Source: an uncultured virus (IMG/VR IMGVR_UViG_3300021959_000024)
Lineage: Duplodnaviria; Heunggongvirae; Uroviricota; Caudoviricetes
DNA length: 64,000 bases
Direction: 5' to 3' (one strand)
IMG/VR virus record: IMGVR_UViG_3300021959_000024
The position numbers and the translations under genes are program-made. Positions 19,405-27,640 of this stretch are shown piece by piece. How positions within the stretch are numbered: position 1 is the stretch's first letter; every line of letters begins with the position of its first letter. Under the pieces are notes generated by a model, which was not told where the DNA came from, did no database searches, and saw only the letters and a list, made by a program, of their open reading frames with translations.

Positions 19405-20985
19405 ATGGCAGAATTATTCGGATTCGAGATAAAAAGAAAGTCCACAGATCAGGACTTAGGCTCATTTGTAAACAAATCAGATGATGACGGCGCTGTCGTT
19501 GTTGCTGAAGGTGGTGTTTATGGGCAATACGTAGATCTCGAACAGACAGCAAAGAACGAAGGTGAGCTTGTAACTAGATATCGTAAGATGTCTATGCAGC
19601 CTGAATGCGAAAACGCTATTGACGATGTTGTAAATGAATCAATTGTTTACGAGCCGGATAGCCATACAGTCGAACTCAATTTAGATCAAGTCGAAGTCAC
19701 AGACGGTATTAAGAATAAAATATTTGAAGAATTTAACATAGTAAAAGATCTGTTAGACTTTGAAAGACAATCATACGAAATTTTCAGACATTGGTATATT
19801 GACGGAAGGGTATACTACCACGTCATTATAGATGAACAAAATGTTCAGAATGGTATTCAAGAACTTAGATACATAGATCCTAGAAAGATTAGGAAAGTAA
19901 GGGAAGTTCAAAAGAAAAACAAAGGACAAGGACCTAACAGAATCACACTTAGCCAAACAAAGCAAGAATACTATCTGTTCAATGACAAAGGATTTAAGGG
20001 CGGACCAGGAGTAACAAATCCCGCTCAAGGCACTACAAATGGTCTTAAGATAGCCAAAGATAGTGTGTTACATTGTACATCTGGATTAATGGACGAAGCA
20101 AATAAAATGGTATTAAGCCATTTACATAAAGCCATTAAACCTTTAAACCAACTAAGAGTCTTAGAAGATGCAACGGTTATCTATAGAATATCAAGGGCAC
20201 CAGAACGAAGAATATTCTATATCGATGTTGGAAATTTACCAAAACTAAAAGCCGAACAATATCTTAGAGATATGATGGCTAAACATAAAAATAGACTTGT
20301 CTACGATGCAACTACTGGTGAGCTAAGAGACGATAGAAAGTTTATGACTATGTTAGAAGATTATTGGCTACCAAGAAGAGAAGGCGGCAAAGGTACAGAG
20401 ATTACTACTTTACCAGCTGGACAAAACTTGGGAGAAATGGACGACGTATTATATTTCCAAAAGAAATTATATAGAGCTTTAAATGTTCCTGTATCAAGAT
20501 TAGAACCTGAACAAGGGTTTGCAATTGGTAGAGCGTCTGAAATAAGCCGAGACGAAATTAAGTTTCAAAAATTTATTGCAAGATTAAGACTTAAATTTTC
20601 TAGATTATTTGAATCTGCATTAGAAAAGCAACTGGTGTTGAAAGGTATTATTACACCTGACGACTGGCCCGCCATTAGAAGAGAGATGAGATTTGATTAT
20701 GTCACTGACAGTCACTTCTCTGAACTTAAACAACTCGAAATCTTTAGAGAAAAAATCAGTGCTGTTAATGATGTGGATCCATATCTTGGAAAATACTTCT
20801 CAACTATGTGGGTTAAGAAGAATGTTCTTAAACAAACGGACAAAGAAATTGAAGATATGCATGCTGAGATGATGGCTGATACAGAAGCCGAGCAAGAAAA
20901 TATGGACCAATATGGCCCAGATCAAGGCGAAGAACAGCCAGATCAGGACAATGGATTCCCTGAAGCACCGCCTGAGCAAGTGTAA
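19405..20985 (+). CDS. gp20: Portal protein gp20
   Basis: LFGFEI, WYIDGR, YRISRAPERRIFYIDVGNLP, EDYWLPRREGGKGTEITTLP. Confidence 0.97.
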   Translation: MAELFGFEIKRKSTDQDLGSFVNKSDDDGAVVVAEGGVYGQYVDLEQTAKNEGELVTRYRKMSMQPECENAIDDVVNESIVYEPDSHTVELNLDQVEVTDGIKNKIFEEFNIVKDLLDFERQSYEIFRHWYIDGRVYYHVIIDEQNVQNGIQELRYIDPRKIRKVREVQKKNKGQGPNRITLSQTKQEYYLFNDKGFKGGPGVTNPAQGTTNGLKIAKDSVLHCTSGLMDEANKMVLSHLHKAIKPLNQLRVLEDATVIYRISRAPERRIFYIDVGNLPKLKAEQYLRDMMAKHKNRLVYDATTGELRDDRKFMTMLEDYWLPRREGGKGTEITTLPAGQNLGEMDDVLYFQKKLYRALNVPVSRLEPEQGFAIGRASEISRDEIKFQKFIARLRLKFSRLFESALEKQLVLKGIITPDDWPAIRREMRFDYVTDSHFSELKQLEIFREKISAVNDVDPYLGKYFSTMWVKKNVLKQTDKEIEDMHAEMMADTEAEQENMDQYGPDQGEEQPDQDNGFPEAPPEQV

Positions 20986-20989
20986 GATA

Positions 20990-20997
20990 TATAAATA
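20990..20997 (+). promoter_or_regulatory. T4-type late promoter TATAAATA
   Basis: Exact consensus, intergenic. Confidence 0.75.
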
Positions 20998-21012
20998 TAG
21001 CAGGAGATTATT

Positions 21013-21345
21013 ATGACAGATAATGTAAAGAGTATTGTTGATTTGGCAATGGACGACAAACCAAATAAAGCTAGTGAAGTTTTAGATGATATTTTGAGAG
21101 ATCGATTAGCTGCTAAAGTTCAAACTATGAAAAACGAACTAAGCAACGATATGTTCGGTCAAGAATATCAAGGTGATGTTCATGCTGAGCCAGTAGAAGA
21201 TCAACAAGAACTTGATTTAGAACCTATTGAAGACGAAGAGGAGCTAGATCAAGAAGAACTCGTTGATGATGGTGAAGTAGAAACTGAAGACCAAGAGCAG
21301 GATGAAGATCCTGTCGAAGACGAGGAAGAAAATGAAAACACTTAG
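21013..21345 (+). CDS. Acidic prohead core-like protein (gp67 position)
   Basis: Very acidic C-terminus; lies between gp20 and gp21; AGGAG RBS. Confidence 0.55.
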   Translation: MTDNVKSIVDLAMDDKPNKASEVLDDILRDRLAAKVQTMKNELSNDMFGQEYQGDVHAEPVEDQQELDLEPIEDEEELDQEELVDDGEVETEDQEQDEDPVEDEEENENT

Positions 21346-21736
21346 ACAAATTGTAGAACTGAAGAAGATTGATATTGTTCCTGATCCAGAAGAACAAGCT
21401 GGACAAATCAGCAACTATGCTAATCCTAAATCAGAAGCAGAAAAGAATTTTGTCGGCAAACATTTAGACGCAGTGCAACAACAACTTCATCCTGCATTTA
21501 AAAATCAAGCAGAACAAGATGCTGTATTTAAAGGCGGCACTATTAAAAAAGATCATTCAAAAATTGCTTCTTATAAAGAGGGCGAAGACGCTGAAGTTTA
21601 TGAGCAAGCTATTGAGTTCGTAAAAGATAATTTAACAGAAGAAAATTTAGAAAGGTTTAACCAATTGCTAGAAGACGATTATCAAAGCGCTGTTAACTTT
21701 GCATTAGAAATCTCTGAGGAAATTTTAAGTGAGTAG
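21332..21736 (+). CDS. Hypothetical head-morphogenesis protein (gp68 position)
   Basis: ATG 21332 after GAGG; synteny only. Confidence 0.5.
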   Translation: MKTLRQIVELKKIDIVPDPEEQAGQISNYANPKSEAEKNFVGKHLDAVQQQLHPAFKNQAEQDAVFKGGTIKKDHSKIASYKEGEDAEVYEQAIEFVKDNLTEENLERFNQLLEDDYQSAVNFALEISEEILSE

Positions 21737-21983
21737 AATATTAAAGTTAAAAGGTTCTGAATTTACAGCTCCAACTGATTTAGCAAATGCTAACACAGCA
21801 TTTGACTCAACACTTATTAAACACTATCATACAGCTGCAGCAGTAATTACTGTTACTGATTCAGCAAACACAGCAATTGGAAATACAACTGTCTCTGCAG
21901 GCGAACATTTTATACAGAAAGCTGCAACAGATAAAATTTATGCTAGCGCTGGTTTATTCACGCCGATAGCATTCGCAGATTAG
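21729..21983 (+). CDS. Hypothetical virion protein
   Basis: 84-aa GTG-start ORF, overlapping-coupled. Confidence 0.55.
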   Translation: MSRILKLKGSEFTAPTDLANANTAFDSTLIKHYHTAAAVITVTDSANTAIGNTTVSAGEHFIQKAATDKIYASAGLFTPIAFAD

Positions 21984-21991
21984 GAGTACAA

Positions 21992-22654
21992 ATGAAGTTA
22001 ATTGCAGAAACCACTTTTGATAGCATAGCACCAATCATCACAGAAGCTAAGGATGGTAAAGGTAAAGATTACTTTATAGAAGGTGTTTTCATGCAAGGTG
22101 GCATCAAAAACAGAAATGGTCGTATGTACCCAATGGAAACATTGGACAAAGAAGTTCAAAGATACAACGATCAATTTGTAAAAACAAATAGAGCTTATGG
22201 TGAGCTTGGACATCCTGATGGCCCTACCATAAATTTAGAAAGAGTTTCGCATATGATCAAAGACCTCAGAAGAGAAGGTAATGATTATGTTGGGAGAGCA
22301 AAAATAATGGACACCCCTTACGGTAAAATTGTAAAGAGTCTGATCGATGAAGGAGCACAACTAGGTGTATCTTCGCGCGGTATGGGGAGTCTTGTACAGA
22401 ATAGTGATGGTATCAATGAAGTGCAAGGAGATTTTCAACTTGCTACTGCTGGCGATATTGTTGCAGATCCTTCTGCACCAAACGCTTTTGTAAATGGTGT
22501 GATGGAGGGTGTTGATTGGATTTATGACGCTGCATCTAATTCGTGGCAATCACAAAAAGTGATTGAGCAAATTAGAGATATAGGCAGAGTAAGTGCAAGA
22601 GAGTTACAGGAAAGGAAAGTAGAGTTATTCTCTAAGTTCTTACAAACCCTGTAA
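21992..22654 (+). CDS. gp21: Prohead protease gp21
   Basis: IEGVFMQ...KNRNGRMYP, GELGHP, GVSSRGMGS, DIVADPSAP.AFV. Confidence 0.97.
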   Translation: MKLIAETTFDSIAPIITEAKDGKGKDYFIEGVFMQGGIKNRNGRMYPMETLDKEVQRYNDQFVKTNRAYGELGHPDGPTINLERVSHMIKDLRREGNDYVGRAKIMDTPYGKIVKSLIDEGAQLGVSSRGMGSLVQNSDGINEVQGDFQLATAGDIVADPSAPNAFVNGVMEGVDWIYDAASNSWQSQKVIEQIRDIGRVSARELQERKVELFSKFLQTL

Positions 22655-22664
22655 TTTGTTAATT

Positions 22665-22672
22665 TATAAATA
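22665..22672 (+). promoter_or_regulatory. T4-type late promoter TATAAATA
   Basis: Exact consensus upstream of gp22. Confidence 0.8.
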
Positions 22673-22710
22673 ATAAGCAAACGAATTAGACTCAAATGAG
22701 GAGAAAACAA

Positions 22711-23754
22711 ATGGCTAATGAACTAAAAAAGTTCGACAATGAAGAAGCTGTTGTGGCCGAAGAGCAAGTAGAACTTGACGAGTTTAAGGCCAGCGGTGAG
22801 AATTCAGAAATCGCAGACCCTGTAACTAAAGGTAGCAACAAAAGACCAGCTGATAAAACAGCTGGATTCAAAGCTCCTAACCCAGGCGGCGCTGATGAGA
22901 AATCTGGATCTGAGTCAAAAGGAGAAGATTTGATTACTGCTAAGGGAAAACAAGCTCCAGCTAGAAAAGCTGATAAAAAAGCTAGTGATGCCCCCCAAGC
23001 ACCTAAAGTAGCAACTCCTGGACAAGGATCTGGTATGAAAGAAGACATCGACGCAATCTTTGGTGAGGATCTTTCAGAGGACCTAAGAGAAAAAGCAACT
23101 ACTGTTTTTGAAGCAGCTGTTAATGCTAGAGCAACTGAGCTAGAAGCTCAATACTCAGAAGCATTTGACACTCAGCTTGCAGAAGCTAAAGAAGCTCTTT
23201 CTGAAGAGATGGCAGGCAAAGTAGACGAGTACATCAACTACATTGCTGAGCAGTGGATTGAAGATAATAAAATTGCAGTTGAATCTTCTCTGAAGGTAGA
23301 GATTGCAGAATCTTTCATGAGCGGTCTTAAAGGTCTTATGGAAGCACACAGCGTTGTGATTCCTGAAGGTGCCGACAGCGACATTTTACAGAACTTAGAA
23401 AATAGAGTCGAAGAACTCGAAGGCAAGCTGGAAGAAGAAACAGCACAAAAAATTGCTATCAACAACGAGTTGTTCGAAGAAAAAGTACAGAACATTTTTG
23501 CTACAGCTTCTAAAGGCTTAGCAGAAACACAAATTGAAAAACTCCGTGCTCTATCGGAAGGTCTAGATTATGATGATATCGAAGACTATTCTTCAAAGCT
23601 AAACACTTTAAAAGAATCATACTTCGAGAAAAAACAGGCTAGTTCTTCAGACGTTGAAGATCAAGATCCTGTAGAGTTAGACGAAGAAGTCAAACCTTTA
23701 CCAGGTGAAATGGCCAAGTATGCAGCCGCGATATCGCGAACTGTTAGGAAATAA
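22711..23754 (+). CDS. gp22: Prohead scaffold/core protein gp22
   Basis: GAGGAG RBS; LSEDLREKATTVFEAAV...VDEYINYIAEQW...LKESYF. Confidence 0.92.
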   Translation: MANELKKFDNEEAVVAEEQVELDEFKASGENSEIADPVTKGSNKRPADKTAGFKAPNPGGADEKSGSESKGEDLITAKGKQAPARKADKKASDAPQAPKVATPGQGSGMKEDIDAIFGEDLSEDLREKATTVFEAAVNARATELEAQYSEAFDTQLAEAKEALSEEMAGKVDEYINYIAEQWIEDNKIAVESSLKVEIAESFMSGLKGLMEAHSVVIPEGADSDILQNLENRVEELEGKLEEETAQKIAINNELFEEKVQNIFATASKGLAETQIEKLRALSEGLDYDDIEDYSSKLNTLKESYFEKKQASSSDVEDQDPVELDEEVKPLPGEMAKYAAAISRTVRK

Positions 23755-23780
23755 TTCGTAAATTCTAAAAGGAGAAACTA

Positions 23781-25109
23781 ATGGAATACATGTACGAACA
23801 ACTCCAACAGAAATGGCAACCAATTATTGAGCATGCTGACCTTCCAGAAATCCAGGATAGTCACAAGAAATCAGTAACTGCTGTCTGTTTGGAAAACACA
23901 GAGAAGTCTCTAAGAGAGAATGCAGGATTCGCTCCTAATTCTTTACTTGCTGAGGCTCCCGCAAACGCTACTGGTTCTAGTATTGATAACTACGATCCAG
24001 TATTAATTAGCTTAGTTAGAAGAGCTATGCCTAACTTAGTCGCTTATGACTTAGTTGGTGTTCAGCCTATGACAGGACCTACAGGTCTTATCTTTGCTAT
24101 GAGAAGCAGATATACTTCTCAGTCAGGCTCAGAGTCTTTCTACAACGAAGCTGATACTTCATTCTCAACCCAAACTGCTGGTAACACAACATTGGGTGAG
24201 GCAAACTCTAGCAACCAAGGTACTGAGCCTTCAGGTAACTCTGCTACTTACAACTTTGCAAGTGGTATGGAAACAACTGAAGCTGAAGCACTTGGTGATG
24301 GCGGTGGAACAAACTTCGCAGAGATGGCATTCAGCATCGAGAAGATTTCTGTCACAGCTAAATCTAGAGCTCTTAAAGCAGAATACTCAATGGAACTTGC
24401 TCAAGACTTGAAAGCTATTCATGGTCTTGACGCTGAGACAGAACTTGCTAACATTCTTTCTACAGAAATCTTAGCTGAGATCAATAGAGAAATCGTAAGA
24501 ACAGTTAACCTTGTTGCTGTACCTGGTGCACAACAAAACGTTTCTTCCGGTGGTACTTTTGACTTAGACGTTGATTCTAACGGTAGATGGATGGTTGAGA
24601 AGTTCAAAGGTCTTATGTTCCAAATCGAGAGAGAAGCTAATGAGATTGCAAGAGGAACAAGAAGAGGAAAAGGTAACATCATGTTATGTTCTTCTGACGT
24701 TGCTTCTGCACTTCAAATGGCTGGTGTATTAGATTACACTCCTGCTTTGAACAGCAACAACTTACAAGTTGATGATACAGGTTCTACATTCGCTGGTGTA
24801 TTAAACGGCAGAATTAGAGTCTACATTGACCCTTACTTTGCACCTTCTTCAGGTGTACACTACATGACTGTAGGTTATAAAGGTTCATCAGCATTTGATG
24901 CTGGTCTGTTCTATTGCCCATACGTTCCACTACAAATGGTGAGAGCGGTTGGTGAGGACACATTCCAACCAAAAATTGGATTCAAGACAAGGTACGGCGT
25001 TGTCGAGAACCCATTTGCGAGAGGAACTGATGCCCTTGCTTCTAACGGTGCATTATCACAAAACCTTAACAAGTACTACAGAAGAGTGTTGGTCAACAAC
25101 ATCATGTAA
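23781..25109 (+). CDS. gp23: Major capsid protein gp23
   Basis: KWQPII, DPVLISLVRRAMPNL, GVQPMTGPTGLIFAMR, ELAQDLKAIHGLDAE, FQPKIGFKTRYG. Confidence 0.98.
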   Translation: MEYMYEQLQQKWQPIIEHADLPEIQDSHKKSVTAVCLENTEKSLRENAGFAPNSLLAEAPANATGSSIDNYDPVLISLVRRAMPNLVAYDLVGVQPMTGPTGLIFAMRSRYTSQSGSESFYNEADTSFSTQTAGNTTLGEANSSNQGTEPSGNSATYNFASGMETTEAEALGDGGGTNFAEMAFSIEKISVTAKSRALKAEYSMELAQDLKAIHGLDAETELANILSTEILAEINREIVRTVNLVAVPGAQQNVSSGGTFDLDVDSNGRWMVEKFKGLMFQIEREANEIARGTRRGKGNIMLCSSDVASALQMAGVLDYTPALNSNNLQVDDTGSTFAGVLNGRIRVYIDPYFAPSSGVHYMTVGYKGSSAFDAGLFYCPYVPLQMVRAVGEDTFQPKIGFKTRYGVVENPFARGTDALASNGALSQNLNKYYRRVLVNNIM

Positions 25110-25130
25110 TACAAACCTTTTATGGTTTTT

Positions 25131-25157
25131 AGAGGGGCTTTTAGCCCCTCTTTTTTT
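25131..25157 (+). terminator. Rho-independent terminator after gp23
   Basis: AGAGGGGCT-ttt-AGCCCCTCT plus T run. Confidence 0.9.
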
Positions 25158-25162
25158 ATCTG

Positions 25163-25191
25163 TTGATTTTATATAAATAATATTGTATAGT
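25163..25191 (+). promoter_or_regulatory. Sigma70-type promoter TTGATT-N17-TATAGT overlapping a late promoter (TATAAATA 25172-25179)
   Basis: 17-bp spacing; predicted start about 25198, at the 5' end of the first aptamer. Confidence 0.65.
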
Positions 25192-25198
25192 AATATAC

Positions 25199-25248
25199 AT
25201 CGTTCATCTCTAACGAGACGGAAGTAGTCAATAGTGACGAAGGAACGC
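25199..25248 (+). ncRNA. Glutamine riboswitch aptamer (glnA RNA motif), copy 1
   Basis: P1 CGTTC/GAACG, P2 TCTC/GAGA, core CGGAAGTA, P3 GTCA/TGAC, GAAG, 3' GAACGC: glnA three-way-junction consensus. Confidence 0.85.
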
Positions 25249-25255
25249 ATTGTTA

Positions 25256-25303
25256 CGTTCATCTAGTAATAGACGGAAGTAGGCAATGGTGCTGAAGGAA
25301 CGC
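25256..25303 (+). ncRNA. Glutamine riboswitch aptamer (glnA RNA motif), copy 2
   Basis: Same invariant core; P2 TCTA/TAGA and P3 GGCA/TGCT show compensatory changes relative to copy 1. Confidence 0.85.
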
Positions 25304-25324
25304 AATCTTCTATAGGAGATTGAC

Positions 25325-25489
25325 ATGACTAAATATCAAATTGCTCGTTTCAAACGTGCAGTCAAAAGGGATCTTACTAAGGAAATATTAAGCCCTAAAG
25401 CTAAGAATCATAGAATAGCTAAATCTTCTGGTCCAAGAGACGAGGAAAGATTTTTGCCTGAATATGCGACTAATAATCCTTGGTACTAA
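25325..25489 (+). CDS. 54-aa basic small protein under the tandem riboswitch (not in ORF track)
   Basis: AGGAG RBS 25314-18; MTKYQIARFKRAVKRDLTKEILSPKAKNHRIAKSSGPRDEERFLPEYATNNPWY; terminator directly after the stop. Confidence 0.75.
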   Translation: MTKYQIARFKRAVKRDLTKEILSPKAKNHRIAKSSGPRDEERFLPEYATNNPWY

Positions 25490-25492
25490 TAG

Positions 25493-25514
25493 AAGGGGCC
25501 ATTGGCCCCTTTTT
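25493..25514 (+). terminator. Rho-independent terminator
   Basis: AAGGGGCC-att-GGCCCCTT plus Ts. Confidence 0.85.
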
Positions 25515-25558
25515 ACTCGTTGACTTTAAACCGCTATAGAGGTAATATAAATACTGTT

Positions 25559-26080
25559 ATGACTGGAACTGAACCTACAACAACAAACTTTCTATCTCCT
25601 CTAGGACATAGATTTTTCATTAAGAAGATCCCGACAGTGAACTTCTTTGTACAGAATGTCGCTATTCCTTCCATAACAATGGGCGAAACACCGGTCCCTA
25701 CACCTTTCACTAAAATACAGTTGCCTGGTGATCAAGCAACATATGGCGATCTAGTAATCACATTTAGAGTTGATGAAAACTTAGATAACTATATGGAACT
25801 GTATAATTGGATGAGAGCAATATTAAGGGTCGATGATTTTACAGAATCTACTGCATGGGTGAACGAGGCTAATAACCCAATGTCTGATGATCGAGTGTTT
25901 AGTGACGCAACATTGACTATATTGAATAGCGCAATGAATCCTAACAAAGAAGTTACATTTACGGACTGCTTTCCTACTTCTCTATCAGATATTCCGTTCT
26001 CTACGCAGCTAGCTGATGTAGATTATGTTGAATGTACAGCTACATTCAAATACAGAAAATTTGAAATAGAGAATATATAA
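25559..26080 (+). CDS. gp3: Tail completion protein (gp3-like, tube fold)
   Basis: NFLSP.G.RF.I.K.P.V.FF.Q...PGD...YGDL.I.F.VDENL.NY.E...W; late promoter 25546-53. Confidence 0.8.
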   Translation: MTGTEPTTTNFLSPLGHRFFIKKIPTVNFFVQNVAIPSITMGETPVPTPFTKIQLPGDQATYGDLVITFRVDENLDNYMELYNWMRAILRVDDFTESTAWVNEANNPMSDDRVFSDATLTILNSAMNPNKEVTFTDCFPTSLSDIPFSTQLADVDYVECTATFKYRKFEIENI

Positions 26081-26361
26081 TGAATGAAACTTGCAGAACT
26101 AATTTTTTAAAAGAAGCAAAAGAAGGAATCGTAACAGTAGAGTTCACTAAAATTGGAACTGGTGAACTACGTGTCATGCCATGCACACTAAAAGCTGATT
26201 TGATGCCTGGAGAAGCAACAGTAAAAGATATAGATCCAATGAGTGATAATTTTGTAGTATGGAGTTTGGATAAGGACGCATGGAGATCCTTTAGAGTTGA
26301 CACCGTTACAAAATGGTATACAGGAAATCCAGTTGAACAAGAAAGTCAAGAGAGCAGCTAA
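26080..26361 (+). CDS. SH3/WYL_2-like small protein
   Basis: VTVEFTK..GELR.M.CTL...VWSLDKDAWRSFR. Confidence 0.65.
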   Translation: MNETCRTNFLKEAKEGIVTVEFTKIGTGELRVMPCTLKADLMPGEATVKDIDPMSDNFVVWSLDKDAWRSFRVDTVTKWYTGNPVEQESQESS

Positions 26362-26578
26362 AGAAGCTACTAGCGATACCATACTAGGCACTATTATTAA
26401 CTTCCCAATTAACTTTGCTATTATTTGGGTTTGTTTGTCGTTGTCTTTTAATGCGTTACAGACTACAATAGCCTGTACATCAATAATGTTTTTCATTGCT
26501 GTTATTAGAAAGACGGCAGTTAGATTATGGTTTGAAAAGAAATATGACACTAGAACAGATACAGGAACTATGGAGTAA
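26333..26578 (+). CDS. Small two-helix membrane protein
   Basis: Two hydrophobic segments; TTG start inferred after AGGA. Confidence 0.55.
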   Translation: MNKKVKRAAKEATSDTILGTIINFPINFAIIWVCLSLSFNALQTTIACTSIMFFIAVIRKTAVRLWFEKKYDTRTDTGTME

Positions 26579-26978
26579 GGACGCTCCAGTAGATAGAACT
26601 GAATTAGGCGATGAGGCCATTAAGATACCTCAACTCCACAGCAAATACTTTAAGATTTATTCGACTGAGAGATTGATTCTCAAGAAGATGGAACTTGAAA
26701 GCAAACAAATGTGGAAAGACTTGTGGAGCTATTACCAAGGTCACATGGACTATGAGGATCTAACAGAACGAGGTTGGGATCAAATTAACACTATTATCCT
26801 AAAAGCAGACCTCAACATTCACATTGATTCTAACAAGGATTGGATCAACAACAATCTTAAGTTAGCTTATCAAAGAGAGAAGGTAGACTTCTTAGAGGCA
26901 ATTATTAAATCACTCAACAATAGAGGATTCAATATCAATGCCGCAATATCATGGGAAAAATTTAAGGTAGGAATTTAA
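26544..26978 (+). CDS. uvsY: Recombination mediator UvsY
   Basis: IQELWSKD..VD..EL..EA.KIPQLHSKY...RGFNI..AI.W.KF. Confidence 0.9.
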   Translation: MTLEQIQELWSKDAPVDRTELGDEAIKIPQLHSKYFKIYSTERLILKKMELESKQMWKDLWSYYQGHMDYEDLTERGWDQINTIILKADLNIHIDSNKDWINNNLKLAYQREKVDFLEAIIKSLNNRGFNINAAISWEKFKVGI

Positions 26979-27640
26979 TGAACGTAAGGTTAGTAAGCTG
27001 GTCTCAAACGCCAGTTGAAGAGCAAGACCTATCTGCACTTGATCTGGTTGCTTTCTGTGCAAGAGTAAGTAACCCTGAGAACCAGATGAATACACAGACT
27101 AGTGAAAGGCTAGTCAAATACTTAATTAAACATCAGCATTGGTCTCCTTTGGAGATGGTCAGTGCATGTATAGAAGTAGAAACGACACGTGACATTGCAC
27201 GTCAGTTTCTTAGACATAGATCATTCTCATTCCAGGAGTTCAGTCAACGATATGCTGATCCAACAATGGACTTGGAGTTTACGACTCGTGAGGCTAGGAT
27301 GCAAGATCCAAAGAACAGACAGAACAGTATCAAATCAGACAATGATGGTCTACATATCGAATGGCACAGACGACAGAGGAAAGTCATTGAAGCAGCAAGC
27401 AATGCTTATGAGTGGGCTATCAATAATGGTATTGCAAAGGAACAAGCAAGAGCAGTACTACCAGAAGGCAACACAATGAGTCGTCTTTATGTCAATGGAA
27501 CTTTGAGATCATGGATCCATTACATTCAATTACGAAGTGCTAATGGCACTCAGCTAGAGCATATGCAACTAGCGCAAGAGTGTGCAAAAGCTATTTCTAA
27601 AATATTCCCTATTGATGAATATGGAAACATTAATAGTTAG
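26978..27640 (+). CDS. thyX: Flavin-dependent thymidylate synthase
   Basis: HWSPLE, RHRSFSFQEFSQRY, KEQARAVLP, TQLEH. Confidence 0.95.
   Translation: MNVRLVSWSQTPVEEQDLSALDLVAFCARVSNPENQMNTQTSERLVKYLIKHQHWSPLEMVSACIEVETTRDIARQFLRHRSFSFQEFSQRYADPTMDLEFTTREARMQDPKNRQNSIKSDNDGLHIEWHRRQRKVIEAASNAYEWAINNGIAKEQARAVLPEGNTMSRLYVNGTLRSWIHYIQLRSANGTQLEHMQLAQECAKAISKIFPIDEYGNINS

Noticed and set aside
25056..25262. 68-aa minus-strand ORF across the gp23 end and riboswitch
   Set aside because: Antisense to gp23, its terminator and the aptamers; no RBS; against the uniform + strand orientation
25199..25303. Two ~48-nt direct repeats as a mini CRISPR array
   Set aside because: Only two units about 7 nt apart, with internal variation confined to covarying stems; no cas genes; fits the glnA aptamer
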